Assembly: GCA_029212835.1 (NCBI GenBank)
Contig: JARGPE010000004.1
Span: 1 to 39,423, forward strand
From: Alphaproteobacteria bacterium
Lineage (GTDB): Bacteria; Pseudomonadota; Alphaproteobacteria; UBA8366; Aestuariispiraceae
DNA length: 39,423 nucleotides
Reading direction: 5' to 3'
Shown here: piece by piece, positions 1 to 9,106 of the stretch
Layout of the letters: the number at the start of each line of letters is the position of its first letter
Numbering within the stretch: position 1 is the first letter of the stretch
The notes under the pieces: model-generated
What the model saw: the letters and a program-made list of their open reading frames with translations, nothing else
The model's database searches: none
Told to the model about the DNA's origin: nothing
Program-made: the position numbers and the translations under genes

Positions 1-1
1 T

Positions 2-772
2 GGCACAATCATTCCCCTGATTGCAGAGACGTGTGGGCAGAATGCGATGATCGTCGACAGTTCGGCGCTGCCGGAACAGGTGACGCGTGATGTTGTAATC
101 TCGTCCTTCCAAAGCGCAGGCCAGCGGTGTTCCGCCCTGCGGGTATTGTATATTCAGGAAGATGTCGCTGATAAGCAGATTGCGATGATTGCGGGCGCCA
201 TGAAGGAGTTGCGGGTTGGTGATCCGTCATGGCTGTCCACCGATCTGGGCCCGGTAATCGATGCAGAGGCGCGGGCGAATTTGAATGCCCATATTACCGA
301 TCTGAGCAAATCCAAGAAGGCCAAAAAGATTGGCGAAACACCCATTGGATCTGATTGTGACAAGGGAACCTTTGTGACGCCGGTCGCGTTTGAAATTCCA
401 GGTATTGATATGCTGGAACAAGAGCATTTTGGTCCGATTCTGCATATCGTACGTTACAAGGCGTCACAGCTGGATGCCGTGGTGGATGCAATCAATGGCA
501 CAGGTTTTGGATTGACCTGCGCCATTCACAGCCGGATTGACGAAACGATTGGTCGGGTTCTCAAGCGACTGAAAGTCGGGAATGCCTATGTAAATCGCAA
601 TCAGATTGGGGCTATAGTCGGGGTCCAGCCTTTCGGTGGTGAAGGGTTGAGCGGTACAGGACCAAAGGCTGGAGGGCCTCGCTACTTGCATCGTTTTGCT
701 TGCGAGCGCACGGTATCGATTGATACCACTGCTGCTGGTGGCAATGCATCCTTGATGACCTTGGAGGCCTGA
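2..772 (+). CDS. putA: Bifunctional proline dehydrogenase / P5C dehydrogenase, C-terminal part (5'-truncated by window edge)
   Basis: Frame is open from base 2 (GTIIPLIAETCGQNAMIVDSSALPEQ). Contains catalytic SAGQRCSALR, EHFGPILH, YVNRNQIGAIVGVQPFGGEGLSGTGPKAGGP and the PutA-type end TTAAGGNASL. The ATG at 47 is internal. Confidence 0.96.
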   Translation, partial: GTIIPLIAETCGQNAMIVDSSALPEQVTRDVVISSFQSAGQRCSALRVLYIQEDVADKQIAMIAGAMKELRVGDPSWLSTDLGPVIDAEARANLNAHITDLSKSKKAKKIGETPIGSDCDKGTFVTPVAFEIPGIDMLEQEHFGPILHIVRYKASQLDAVVDAINGTGFGLTCAIHSRIDETIGRVLKRLKVGNAYVNRNQIGAIVGVQPFGGEGLSGTGPKAGGPRYLHRFACERTVSIDTTAAGGNASLMTLEA

Positions 773-807
773 GCCAGCCGATTTGTTAATGCGGATGGAC
801 CGGACGT

Positions 808-1995
808 GTGCTGAGGGCGGGTGTTTTAGCTGTTTTGCTGTGTTGGGGATTTCAGGCTGCGTTGGCGCAGTCTGTTCCCCCGAGCGATCCAATGGCTCCG
901 CCGGATGGATTGTCGGCAGAAACTCGCGCTGCCTATGAGCGGGGGCGCCTGATCTTCAATGGTCATTTTCGACCATCAGGCACGGAAGGGCCGGACGATC
1001 TGGTCGGTCTGGGGCCCTTATATAACCGGATATCTTGCGCGTCCTGTCATAGTGCTGGCGGGCGTGGCGCCCCTCCTAATGGCCCGGATGAGAATTTTCT
1101 GACGGCCTTAGTGCGGGTTGGCGTGGTGGATTCAGCAGGTGTAGCGACTCCCCATCCAATATTTGGCAATCAAATTCAGGACCGTGCTGTGCCGGGCATT
1201 GACCCTGAAGCTAAGGTGTCGCTGTATTGGGAAACTGTAACGGGCACCTATCCTGACGGCCAGTCCTATGAACTCAGAAAGCCGTTCTTGGAGATTGATC
1301 CAGACCCAGGACCATCGGCCCGTTGGTCTATCCGTATCGCCCAATCAATCCGGGGCGTTGGACTGCTGGAAGCGGCAGTGACACCAAAAGATGGCGACGG
1401 GCGATTTGGCTGGAAAGCGGTTGAGCCCAGCGTGGTTATGCAAAACGCCAGCGCCCTGTCTCAAGATATGGGGATTACCAGTGTTTTTCATGAGGCACCA
1501 ATTTGTCCAAATGGGGAGACTGTCTGTGGCGGCGGGGGGCGTGAAATTCCAGGAACAGCCCTAGCGGACCTCACACTTTTTGCAAAGTTATTGCCGCCCC
1601 TTGCAGGTGAAGATGCGCCAAATGCAATGGGGGCATTTTTATTCTATCGTACGGGGTGTGCTGCCTGTCATATTCCAGAATTGCCGTCCTATTACAGTGC
1701 TGGAACAGTGAAGTCGTATTCCGATTTGGCCTTGCATGATATGGGCCCCGGCCTGGATGACGGATTACCGGAAGGCGATGCAAAGAGTTTTGAGTGGCGC
1801 ACACCACCTCTTTGGGGATTGGGGATGGTCTTGAAGTATAACCCCGCAGCCCCGTTGTTGCACGATGGCCGTGCGCGGGGCGCCGAAGAGGCTATTCTCT
1901 GGCATGACGGAGAGGCGAGATATTCTAAACATGCATTCATGGAATTGCCAAAAGAGGACCGTGTCCGTCTGCTGGCATTCTTGATGGGTCTTTAG
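808..1995 (+). CDS. Exported di-haem c protein, DHOR/DUF1111 family
   Basis: Signal peptide (..AALAQ), two CxxCH motifs (CASCH, CAACH), and family motifs GLGPLYN, GRFGWKA, YSDLALHDMG, WRTPPLWGLG, LHDGRA. Confidence 0.88.
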   Translation: MLRAGVLAVLLCWGFQAALAQSVPPSDPMAPPDGLSAETRAAYERGRLIFNGHFRPSGTEGPDDLVGLGPLYNRISCASCHSAGGRGAPPNGPDENFLTALVRVGVVDSAGVATPHPIFGNQIQDRAVPGIDPEAKVSLYWETVTGTYPDGQSYELRKPFLEIDPDPGPSARWSIRIAQSIRGVGLLEAAVTPKDGDGRFGWKAVEPSVVMQNASALSQDMGITSVFHEAPICPNGETVCGGGGREIPGTALADLTLFAKLLPPLAGEDAPNAMGAFLFYRTGCAACHIPELPSYYSAGTVKSYSDLALHDMGPGLDDGLPEGDAKSFEWRTPPLWGLGMVLKYNPAAPLLHDGRARGAEEAILWHDGEARYSKHAFMELPKEDRVRLLAFLMGL

Positions 1996-2018
1996 GCATC
2001 AAAATCGAAATAATGATA

Positions 2019-2035
2019 TTAAGAATTACTTGCAA
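2019..2035. promoter_or_regulatory. Fur-like iron box 1 (TTAAGAATTACTTGCAA)
   Basis: Resembles the TGAGAATnATTCGCA-type Fur site, lies upstream of Fe(III) ABC genes and overlaps a candidate -35. Confidence 0.5.
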
Positions 2036-2059
2036 GTTTCCGTATTGATCCTATATAAA
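2030..2059 (+). promoter_or_regulatory. Candidate sigma70 promoter of the Fe(III) ABC operon
   Basis: TTGCAA (2030-2035), 18-nt spacer, TATAAA (2054-2059) in an AT-rich intergenic region. Confidence 0.4.
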
Positions 2060-2072
2060 ATCGTATGTGAAT

Positions 2073-2089
2073 TTGCGACGCAGTCTCAT
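2073..2089. promoter_or_regulatory. Fur-like iron box 2 (TTGCGACGCAGTCTCAT)
   Basis: Its reverse complement matches box 1 at 10 of 17 positions and keeps the TGCGA...TCTCA ends; just downstream of the candidate -10. Confidence 0.5.
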
Positions 2090-2166
2090 GCTCTGTACAG
2101 GGTTTTGGGGTCGTTATCCTGTAACCGCCCGGCTAAGTTCGGGTTTGATAAAAGTAGGGGAAAGGA

Positions 2167-3228
2167 ATGCCATCTATGTCCTTTAGATTGAAATCCATCC
2201 ATCACCATGTAGCCAAGAAGGTCGGTTTGGCCGGTTTGGTTTTGGGCATGACTATGGCCGCACCAATTGCCCAAGCGGCAGATGGAGAGGTCAATATCTA
2301 CTCCATGCGGCAAGCCTATTTGATCGAACCAATTTTGGATGAATTCACTAAAGAGACTGGTGTTAAGGTCAATGTGCTGTTTGCAAATGACGGTCTGATT
2401 GAACGCCTGGCACAAGAGGGTCGCAACAGCCCGGCCGATGTGGTCCTAACCTCCAGCTTTGGCAATACAGCGCGTCTGATTGATGAAGGTCTGGCCCAGC
2501 CTGTTGACAGCGAAACCTTGACGGCACGGGTTCCGACTCAGTTTCGGGCCGCTGATAATCGTTGGTTTGCCCTGACCCTGCGTGCCCGCCTTTTCTATAC
2601 ATCATTAGAGCGGATGAATGATGGTGATTTGGTCACCTATGAAGGTCTGGCTGATCCAAAATGGAAGGGCAAAGTTTGCACACGCAGCGGCAGCCATCCT
2701 TACAATGTGCAGATGATTGCCGCCATGATTGCGCATCACGGTAAGGAAGATACAAAGACTTGGCTGGAAGGCGTGAAATCCAATCTGGGCCGTAAACCCC
2801 AGGGGAATGATCGTGCCCAGGTGAAGGCTGTGTCCGAGGGGGAATGTGATATCGCTGTGGGTAATTCCTACTATTACTTCAAGATGTTGGATGATCCAGA
2901 ACAGCGCGGCTGGGCCGAGGCCGTGCGGCCAGTTTTCCCAGCATTTGATGGTGGTGGAACCCATGTGAACGTATCAGCAATGGTGATGGCACCCCATGCG
3001 CCAAACCCAGAAAATGCTGTTCTGTTGATGGAATACTTGACCGGAGAGACCGCACAGCGGATTTATGCTGATGTAAATTTTGAATATCCAGTAAATCCTG
3101 ATGTGGCTCCGTCTGAGGCCTTGGCTGGGATTGGGAAGCTAACCCCTGACAGCCTGACCTTGGACCAGGTTGCCTCTAATCTGCGCGACGCGCTGCAACT
3201 GGTCGCGGAAGTGGGTTACAACGAGTAA
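2167..3228 (+). CDS. fbpA: Fe(III) ABC transporter substrate-binding protein (FutA/FbpA family)
   Basis: Signal peptide; VNIYSMRQ, EGRNSPADV, CTRSGSHPYN, KPQGNDRAQVKA, tyrosine iron-ligand motif GNSYYY, GTHVNVS, NFEYPV. Exact start uncertain. Confidence 0.92.
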   Translation: MPSMSFRLKSIHHHVAKKVGLAGLVLGMTMAAPIAQAADGEVNIYSMRQAYLIEPILDEFTKETGVKVNVLFANDGLIERLAQEGRNSPADVVLTSSFGNTARLIDEGLAQPVDSETLTARVPTQFRAADNRWFALTLRARLFYTSLERMNDGDLVTYEGLADPKWKGKVCTRSGSHPYNVQMIAAMIAHHGKEDTKTWLEGVKSNLGRKPQGNDRAQVKAVSEGECDIAVGNSYYYFKMLDDPEQRGWAEAVRPVFPAFDGGGTHVNVSAMVMAPHAPNPENAVLLMEYLTGETAQRIYADVNFEYPVNPDVAPSEALAGIGKLTPDSLTLDQVASNLRDALQLVAEVGYNE

Positions 3229-3256
3229 AGGATGAGTGCGTGGTAACAGGTAAGGC

Positions 3257-4960
3257 ATGGCAGTAACCACATCGGATGCGACCGGGCCGGTGACCCGGTC
3301 GTTGATGCAGAAAGAAAGATCCTGGATTTGGACGACAGGCGCCGTGGGGGCTGCTTTGATCGTGATCATTCCACTTGCGTCAATTGTCTGGCTTGCGCTG
3401 TTCCCAGAAGATGAAGGCTGGTTCGATATCGTTCGAACCAGCCTTCCTACTTATATTGGCAATACCTTGATCCTGATGGTCGGGGTCGGAATTGGCACCA
3501 TCTTTGGCGGGGTTTCAACCGCTTGGCTGGTCACCGTTTGCCGCTTTCCGGGTCGTCGCCTGTTTGAATGGGCTTTGTTGTTGCCACTGGCGGTTCCTGC
3601 CTATCTGGTGGCCTTCGTTTATACCGATATTCTGGAATATAGTGGCCCCGTGCAAGGCGCGCTGCGCGATCTGTTCGGTTGGCAGGTAAAGGGGGATTAT
3701 TGGTTTCCTGATATACGCAGCCACGGTGGCGCGATCATCGTGCTCAGCCTGGTGCTATACCCCTATGTTTATATGATGGCGCGGGCCGCCTTTTTGCAGC
3801 AATCCGTCTGCGCCTTGGAAGCCGCCCGAACCTTGGGGCGTACGCCCTGGCGGTGCTTCTGGACGGTGGCATTACCCATGGCCCGCCCGGCGCTTGTTAT
3901 CGGTGTCTCTCTGGCCTTAATGGAGACCCTGAATGATTTTGGTACGATTGATTTCTTTGGTGTGCATACGCTGACCGCTGGGGTGTTTGAGGTCTGGCGC
4001 GTGATGGGCAACACTGCGGGTGCGGCACAAATTGCCTTGGTGATGTTGCTCTTTGTCGTTGGCCTTTTGTGGTTGGAGCGGTCTTCACGCCATCGTCAGC
4101 GCTATGGTCAAACCAGTTCAAAGATTCAGGCATTGCCAGGATTTGAATTACGCGGCTGGCGGCGTCTTTTAGCAATGACCGTATGCGTGACGCCCTTGAT
4201 CTTTGGCTTTGCCATCCCGTTCATTGTGTTGGCAGTTAATGCGCTGCGGCAATTGGATCAACAATTGACGCGGGACTATTTCACCTTCACGGGCAACTCG
4301 CTGATGCTGTCAGGGACAGCGGCTCTCTGTGCGGTCGTGATCGGCCTGTTCATGGCCTATGGCGTGCGGTTGAATGGGGGCAAATTTCTGCGTGGCCTGA
4401 CCCGTCTGGCATCGGTTGGCTATGCGGTGCCGGGTGCTGTCCTGGCCGTTGGCGTGATCGTGCCCTTCACGTCCTTTGATTCCACGGTCAGTTTGTTTTT
4501 TGAGGAAAATTTTGGGGTGCGGACAGGCCCAATCCTGTTTGGTACTGCCTTTGCGTTAGTATTCGCTTATGTCGCCCGGTTCATGGCAATCGGGTTCGGC
4601 GCTGTTGAATCCGCCCTGGAGAAGGTGACGCCCCATATGGATGATGCGGCGCGCACCCTGGGCAAGGGCCCTTGGGAAACCCTGCGCCGAGTGCATCTGC
4701 CAATGATCCGGGGCGGTATCCTGGCCGGGGCAATTCTGGTTTTTGTAGATTGTATGAAAGAACTGCCCGCCACCCTGATCCTGCGGCCGCCCTTTAATTT
4801 CGATACGCTGGCGACCTTTGTCTATCAGTATGCCTCTGACGAGCAGTTTGAGCAGGCATCTCTTGGAGCCATCACCATCGTGATCGCAGGTATCATTCCA
4901 GTCATCCTGCTGTCGCGCGCCATCCGCAGCGCTCGCCCCGGACATGCGGACCCCCGATAG
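3257..4960 (+). CDS. fbpB: Fe(III) ABC transporter permease (two fused membrane domains)
   Basis: Two EAA motifs (LEAARTLG, DDAARTLG), LLPLAVPAY, METLNDFG, MKELPAT; adjacent to the binding protein. Confidence 0.92.
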   Translation: MAVTTSDATGPVTRSLMQKERSWIWTTGAVGAALIVIIPLASIVWLALFPEDEGWFDIVRTSLPTYIGNTLILMVGVGIGTIFGGVSTAWLVTVCRFPGRRLFEWALLLPLAVPAYLVAFVYTDILEYSGPVQGALRDLFGWQVKGDYWFPDIRSHGGAIIVLSLVLYPYVYMMARAAFLQQSVCALEAARTLGRTPWRCFWTVALPMARPALVIGVSLALMETLNDFGTIDFFGVHTLTAGVFEVWRVMGNTAGAAQIALVMLLFVVGLLWLERSSRHRQRYGQTSSKIQALPGFELRGWRRLLAMTVCVTPLIFGFAIPFIVLAVNALRQLDQQLTRDYFTFTGNSLMLSGTAALCAVVIGLFMAYGVRLNGGKFLRGLTRLASVGYAVPGAVLAVGVIVPFTSFDSTVSLFFEENFGVRTGPILFGTAFALVFAYVARFMAIGFGAVESALEKVTPHMDDAARTLGKGPWETLRRVHLPMIRGGILAGAILVFVDCMKELPATLILRPPFNFDTLATFVYQYASDEQFEQASLGAITIVIAGIIPVILLSRAIRSARPGHADPR

Positions 4961-4990
4961 GCTCTCAGATAGACTTTCGGTCGCTTGGTT

Positions 4991-5878
4991 TCAGTGTTTG
5001 CGTTCGACGACGAAACGGGCCAGGGCGCGCAGATGGTCGGCTTTTTGGTCGAACAGTTTCAAGTGATTGATCGCCTGATCTGCCAGATGGTTTGCCTGAT
5101 CCCGGGCCCGATCAACACCTAATACAGACACAAAGGTTGCCTTGCCTTTGGTCGCATCCTTGCCAACAGCTTTGCCAACAGTGGTCTCGTCCCCGGTGAT
5201 ATCCAACAAATCATCGGCAATCTGGAACGCCAAGCCCATATCATGAGTATAGCCGCGCAAAGCCTCTCGCGCAGAATTTGGCGCACGGCCCAGGATCGCT
5301 CCAGCCTGACAGCCGAAATCGATCAAGCGACCTGTCTTCAACCGCTGCAGGCGCGTAATGGCACCGATATCCAGATCTGCACTTTCCGCCTTCAGGTCGA
5401 TCATCTGACCCCCGACCATACCGTGGGCACCCGCCGCAAGGGATAGTTCCAGCACCAATTCGCAGCGCACGGCTGGGTTTGAATGAGTGGAATCCGATGC
5501 CAGAACATTGAAAGCGCGGGTCAGCAGGGCATCACCAGCCAGGATCGCCGTGGCCTCGTCGAAGCGTTTATGCACAGTGGGCTTGCCCCGCCGCAGGGCA
5601 TCGTCGTCCATCGCGGGGAGGTCATCATGAACTAAAGAGTAGCAATGCACCATTTCCAATGCGGCACCGACCCGCAGGGCAGAGTTTTCGGAAACACCGA
5701 ATAGGCCTGCACTTTCGCTGACCAGAAAGGGGCGAACTCGTTTGCCGCCGTCCAATGTGGCATAGCGCATGGCTTCCAGCAGGTCGCGCTCTGGTGCGTT
5801 GTCGATCGGCATCAATTTGTTCAAAACATCTTCCAGGCGTTCGGCGAAGTCGCCCATGGCCCGCGCGAGATCGGTCAT
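4991..5878 (-). CDS. ispA: Farnesyl diphosphate synthase / geranyltranstransferase
   Basis: GGKRVRP, first Asp-rich motif SLVHDDLPAMDDDALRRG, second motif FQIADDLLD, GKD; downstream of xseB. Confidence 0.95.
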   Translation of the reverse strand: MTDLARAMGDFAERLEDVLNKLMPIDNAPERDLLEAMRYATLDGGKRVRPFLVSESAGLFGVSENSALRVGAALEMVHCYSLVHDDLPAMDDDALRRGKPTVHKRFDEATAILAGDALLTRAFNVLASDSTHSNPAVRCELVLELSLAAGAHGMVGGQMIDLKAESADLDIGAITRLQRLKTGRLIDFGCQAGAILGRAPNSAREALRGYTHDMGLAFQIADDLLDITGDETTVGKAVGKDATKGKATFVSVLGVDRARDQANHLADQAINHLKLFDQKADHLRALARFVVERKH

Positions 5879-5932
5879 TCAGGTAAATTCCTTAATATGT
5901 GAATGGGGGTAGAATTGAATTCAGCGGTAATC

Positions 5933-6181
5933 TTAATCGATTTGCGCGGGCTCCGCCTTGATCGTTCCGTTCGACCCGAGAGTGATTTTTTCGATACGTG
6001 CCTTTGCACCGGCAAGCTTTTTTTCGCAGTGCCGTTTTAACTCGGCCCCCCGTTCATAGGCTTCAATGCTGGCCTCCAGCTCAATATCGCCAGATTCAAG
6101 GCCGCGCACGATGGATTCCAGTTCGGCCATTGCCTGTTCGAAACTCAGGTCGTCTATCGTTGATTTTGACGTCGTCGTCAT
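5933..6181 (-). CDS. xseB: Exodeoxyribonuclease VII small subunit
   Basis: LSFEQAMAELESIVRGLESGDIELEASIEAYERG pattern. Start placed at the ATG at 6181 rather than the track start 6223. Confidence 0.93.
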   Translation of the reverse strand: MTTTSKSTIDDLSFEQAMAELESIVRGLESGDIELEASIEAYERGAELKRHCEKKLAGAKARIEKITLGSNGTIKAEPAQID

Positions 6182-6393
6182 GCACCACCCAGTCTGTTGT
6201 AAATTCTGTCTGTAAAACTTCATGCTAGTGTAGGGCGCGCCGCCCTATTGGCGCAACCGTCGCCCAATGCTTTACCATATAATCAGTCATAATACCGCAA
6301 AAAGCCTGCCTTGGAGACAGGGCCTGCCTTGATGTGCCCTTATGAATGGTTTATCGCCATTAGGACGCTAAAAACTAGAGTAAGGAAACATCC

Positions 6394-7326
6394 ATGGGTA
6401 CGAAAACACTGCTCTTCACCCATCCGGCCTGTGCCGGTCATGATATGGGCGAAGGACATCCGGAACAGCCGGCGCGGTTGGCCGCTGTTCTATTTGCGTT
6501 GGAAGGCCCTGACTTTCAGAATTTGGAGCGTAGAGAGGCCCCGGAGACAACCCGTGACCGAATTTTGTTAATGCACCCTGCTGCCTATGTTGATGGCCTG
6601 ATGGCAGCTTTTCCCACTGAAGGGCGGGTGCAGATCGATGCGGACACCGCCGTCAGTGCAGGGTCCAGGGAAGCTGCCTTGCGTGCTGTTGGCGGCGTCG
6701 TTGCCGCTGTCGATTCGGTCATGAAAGGGGAGGCAAAGCACGCCTTTTGCGCGGTGCGTCCGCCCGGTCATCATGCGGAACCAGACCAGACGATGGGCTT
6801 TTGCCTGTTCAACAACATTGCGATAGGGGCAGCCCATGCTCGGGATGTCTATCATCTGCATCGCGTTGCTGTAATCGATTTCGATGTGCATCACGGTAAT
6901 GGCACCCAGGCTATGTTTGAAAATGAACCGATGTTCTTTTATGGCTCAACCCATCAGATGCCCTTGTATCCGGGAACAGGCCGTCCCTCTGAAACCGGCA
7001 TTGCAGGCAATATCGTGAATGTGGCGCTGCCCCCCTTTGCCGGATCAGAAGAATTCCGGAGGGCATTTTCGGATGTCATCTTGCCCAAGCTGGATGAATT
7101 TGGCCCCGAACTGATGATGATTTCTGCTGGCTTTGACGCGCATCGCGATGACCCGCTGGCCCAAGAGAATTTGGACGAAGAGGATTTTGCCTGGGTGACC
7201 GCAGAATTGATTAGTATCGCAGACAAGCATTCACAGGGGCGCGTCGTTTCCGCCCTGGAAGGCGGCTATGATCTGGATGCGCTGGGACGGTCCGCCGCAG
7301 CCCATGTGAAAGTCTTGATGGCTTAG
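6394..7326 (+). CDS. Zn-dependent deacetylase, histone deacetylase/AcuC/APAH family
   Basis: HPEQPARL, RPPGHHAE, GFCLFNN, DFDVHHGNGTQ, SAGFDAH, LEGGY. Confidence 0.94.
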   Translation: MGTKTLLFTHPACAGHDMGEGHPEQPARLAAVLFALEGPDFQNLERREAPETTRDRILLMHPAAYVDGLMAAFPTEGRVQIDADTAVSAGSREAALRAVGGVVAAVDSVMKGEAKHAFCAVRPPGHHAEPDQTMGFCLFNNIAIGAAHARDVYHLHRVAVIDFDVHHGNGTQAMFENEPMFFYGSTHQMPLYPGTGRPSETGIAGNIVNVALPPFAGSEEFRRAFSDVILPKLDEFGPELMMISAGFDAHRDDPLAQENLDEEDFAWVTAELISIADKHSQGRVVSALEGGYDLDALGRSAAAHVKVLMA

Positions 7327-7769
7327 TTCTGAGTCGGGGCTGGATCCAGCGGTAGCTTTTGCTTGATCCAGCCGGGCAGGGGGCCACGGCCCAGCATGCC
7401 TTCTTTTATATTCATCACCTGAGTGAAGCCATTTTGGGTCAGGAAGGCACTGGCCCAGGTGGAGCGTACCCCGGACGAACAGATCAGGGCGATTGGCGTC
7501 GTCTTATCGCCTCCCACGCCGGCGGTCATTGCGGCAAGGAAACCTGTCTGCCCTTCCGGGTCATGCATGGTGATGGTTTTGGCCCCTTGAGCAATGCCTG
7601 TTTGTTGCCATTCCGCGGGACGACGAATGTCGATCAACAGGACAGCCCCATCCTGTTGCATCTTATGGGCGGTGGCAGCATCAATGATCGTTGTTTCCGC
7701 CCAAATTGGGGGCGCGATGAAGATAACAAGCAGCAGCGCGAGGAGGAATCGGGTCAATATTTTAGACAT
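7323..7769 (-). CDS. Exported single-domain rhodanese-like protein
   Basis: Signal peptide, LIDIRRPAEW, active-site loop CSSGVRS, NIKEGM...GW. Stop overlaps the convergent deacetylase stop by 4 nt. Confidence 0.85.
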   Translation of the reverse strand: MSKILTRFLLALLLVIFIAPPIWAETTIIDAATAHKMQQDGAVLLIDIRRPAEWQQTGIAQGAKTITMHDPEGQTGFLAAMTAGVGGDKTTPIALICSSGVRSTWASAFLTQNGFTQVMNIKEGMLGRGPLPGWIKQKLPLDPAPTQN

Positions 7770-7954
7770 TCTGAATGCTCCTGCTAAAGCCTATGACGTT
7801 CTTAGCGTCAATGTATCCTTGCGACAATCCATGGTATGGTAAATCTGGCGTGATCGTTCGTGACATGCCTGCATCCCGCTGTTGCACTTGGCGCTAGGGG
7901 TTTTGGTGCGTAATCTGGCGCCTTCATATCGCTGTAAGGGCAGAAGAGAATTCT

Positions 7955-9085
7955 ATGACAGAAAAACTGACAGCGTCTGATGTGCGACAGCTTCTGACGA
8001 ACCCGTCCGGCAAGAACCGGGCCTCCGCTGCACAAAAGATCGCTCAGCAGTTTGGAGAGGGTGGCCTGACGGTTAAAGAACGCTCTATCGCCGAAGATAT
8101 TTTCAAGGTGATGGTGAAAGACGTTGAGAAGCAGGTCCGCAGTGCTCTGTCAGAGAATTTGAAGGATGTGCCCGGCCTGTCGAATGACTTGGCAAAGACT
8201 TTGGCTATGGACCTCTCTGACGAGGTCGCCCTGCCGATGCTGCAATTTTCGAATGCCTTGACCGATGCCGATCTTGTGGAGATCGTGCGCACCCAGAGTA
8301 TGACACGTACAAAGGCTGTGGCAGAACGTCCAACCGTTTCGCAGCAAGTGTCAGAGGCAATTGTCACTCATGGTGATGAGGACTCGGTGGTCGCCCTGGT
8401 ATCCAATACTGGCGCAGAAATCAGCGAGACATCCTTGATTAAGGTTGTCGATAAGTTTGGGAATTCCCCGCGTGTTCAGGAACCTTTGGTTCATCGCCCA
8501 ACCCTGCCGGTCAGTGTTGCTGAGAAGCTGGTCGCCCGCGTCGCCGATCATTTGAAGGACTATTTGGTTCAGCACCATGAATTGTCGGATGAATTGGCTA
8601 CAGACCTTATCTTGCAAAGCCGGGAACGCGCGACGTTGAACCTGAAGGGCTTTGGGACATCCGGCAGTTCGGAAGAACTGGTTCGACAGCTAAAGGCGAA
8701 CCGTCGCCTGACTCCATCAATCATTTTGCGGGCGCTATGCGTCGGGGATTTGGATTTCTTTGAACAGTCGCTGTCCGCCCTGTCTGGCGTGCCGATCAAC
8801 AATGCACGTGTTCTGATCCATGACGAGGGAGAATTGGGCTTGCGCTCCCTCTATCAAAAGGCAGGCATGCCCGTCAGCCTGTTGCCAGCCTATCGGTTGG
8901 CCCTGGAAATGGTGGTTGATGCGGAGATGGAACGAAGCGATGAGGACCCGCAGCAGCGCATGCGTCGCCTTCTGGAGCGGGTTTTGACGGAAGATCAAAA
9001 AATCGTCGCCGAATTTGGAACTGATACTGTCGACTATCTCTTAGCCAAACTCGGTCGGCTCAGTCAGTCATCCACGCTTCCTTGA
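7955..9085 (+). CDS. DUF2336-family protein
   Basis: Helical protein with VRSALSENLK, VALPMLQFSNALTDADLVEIV, LVSNTGAEIS, LTPSIILRALCVGD..FFE patterns typical of DUF2336. Confidence 0.8.
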   Translation: MTEKLTASDVRQLLTNPSGKNRASAAQKIAQQFGEGGLTVKERSIAEDIFKVMVKDVEKQVRSALSENLKDVPGLSNDLAKTLAMDLSDEVALPMLQFSNALTDADLVEIVRTQSMTRTKAVAERPTVSQQVSEAIVTHGDEDSVVALVSNTGAEISETSLIKVVDKFGNSPRVQEPLVHRPTLPVSVAEKLVARVADHLKDYLVQHHELSDELATDLILQSRERATLNLKGFGTSGSSEELVRQLKANRRLTPSIILRALCVGDLDFFEQSLSALSGVPINNARVLIHDEGELGLRSLYQKAGMPVSLLPAYRLALEMVVDAEMERSDEDPQQRMRRLLERVLTEDQKIVAEFGTDTVDYLLAKLGRLSQSSTLP

Positions 9086-9106
9086 AATTATCCGTTCCGG
9101 TGTCCC

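Noticed and set aside
47-49. ATG at 47 as start of a 241-aa aldehyde dehydrogenase
   Set aside because: The frame is open upstream with conserved PutA sequence; the gene starts outside the window.
6231-6331. Hairpin TAGGGCG-CGC-CGCCCTA and 10-bp direct repeat GCCTGCCTTG (6304, 6322) between xseB and the deacetylase
   Set aside because: Short, GC-rich, no second instance or recognisable family; cannot be distinguished from chance.
6394-7326. Histone deacetylase as a eukaryote-like or transferred gene
   Set aside because: The family is widespread in bacteria and is often found beside xseB-ispA in alphaproteobacteria.
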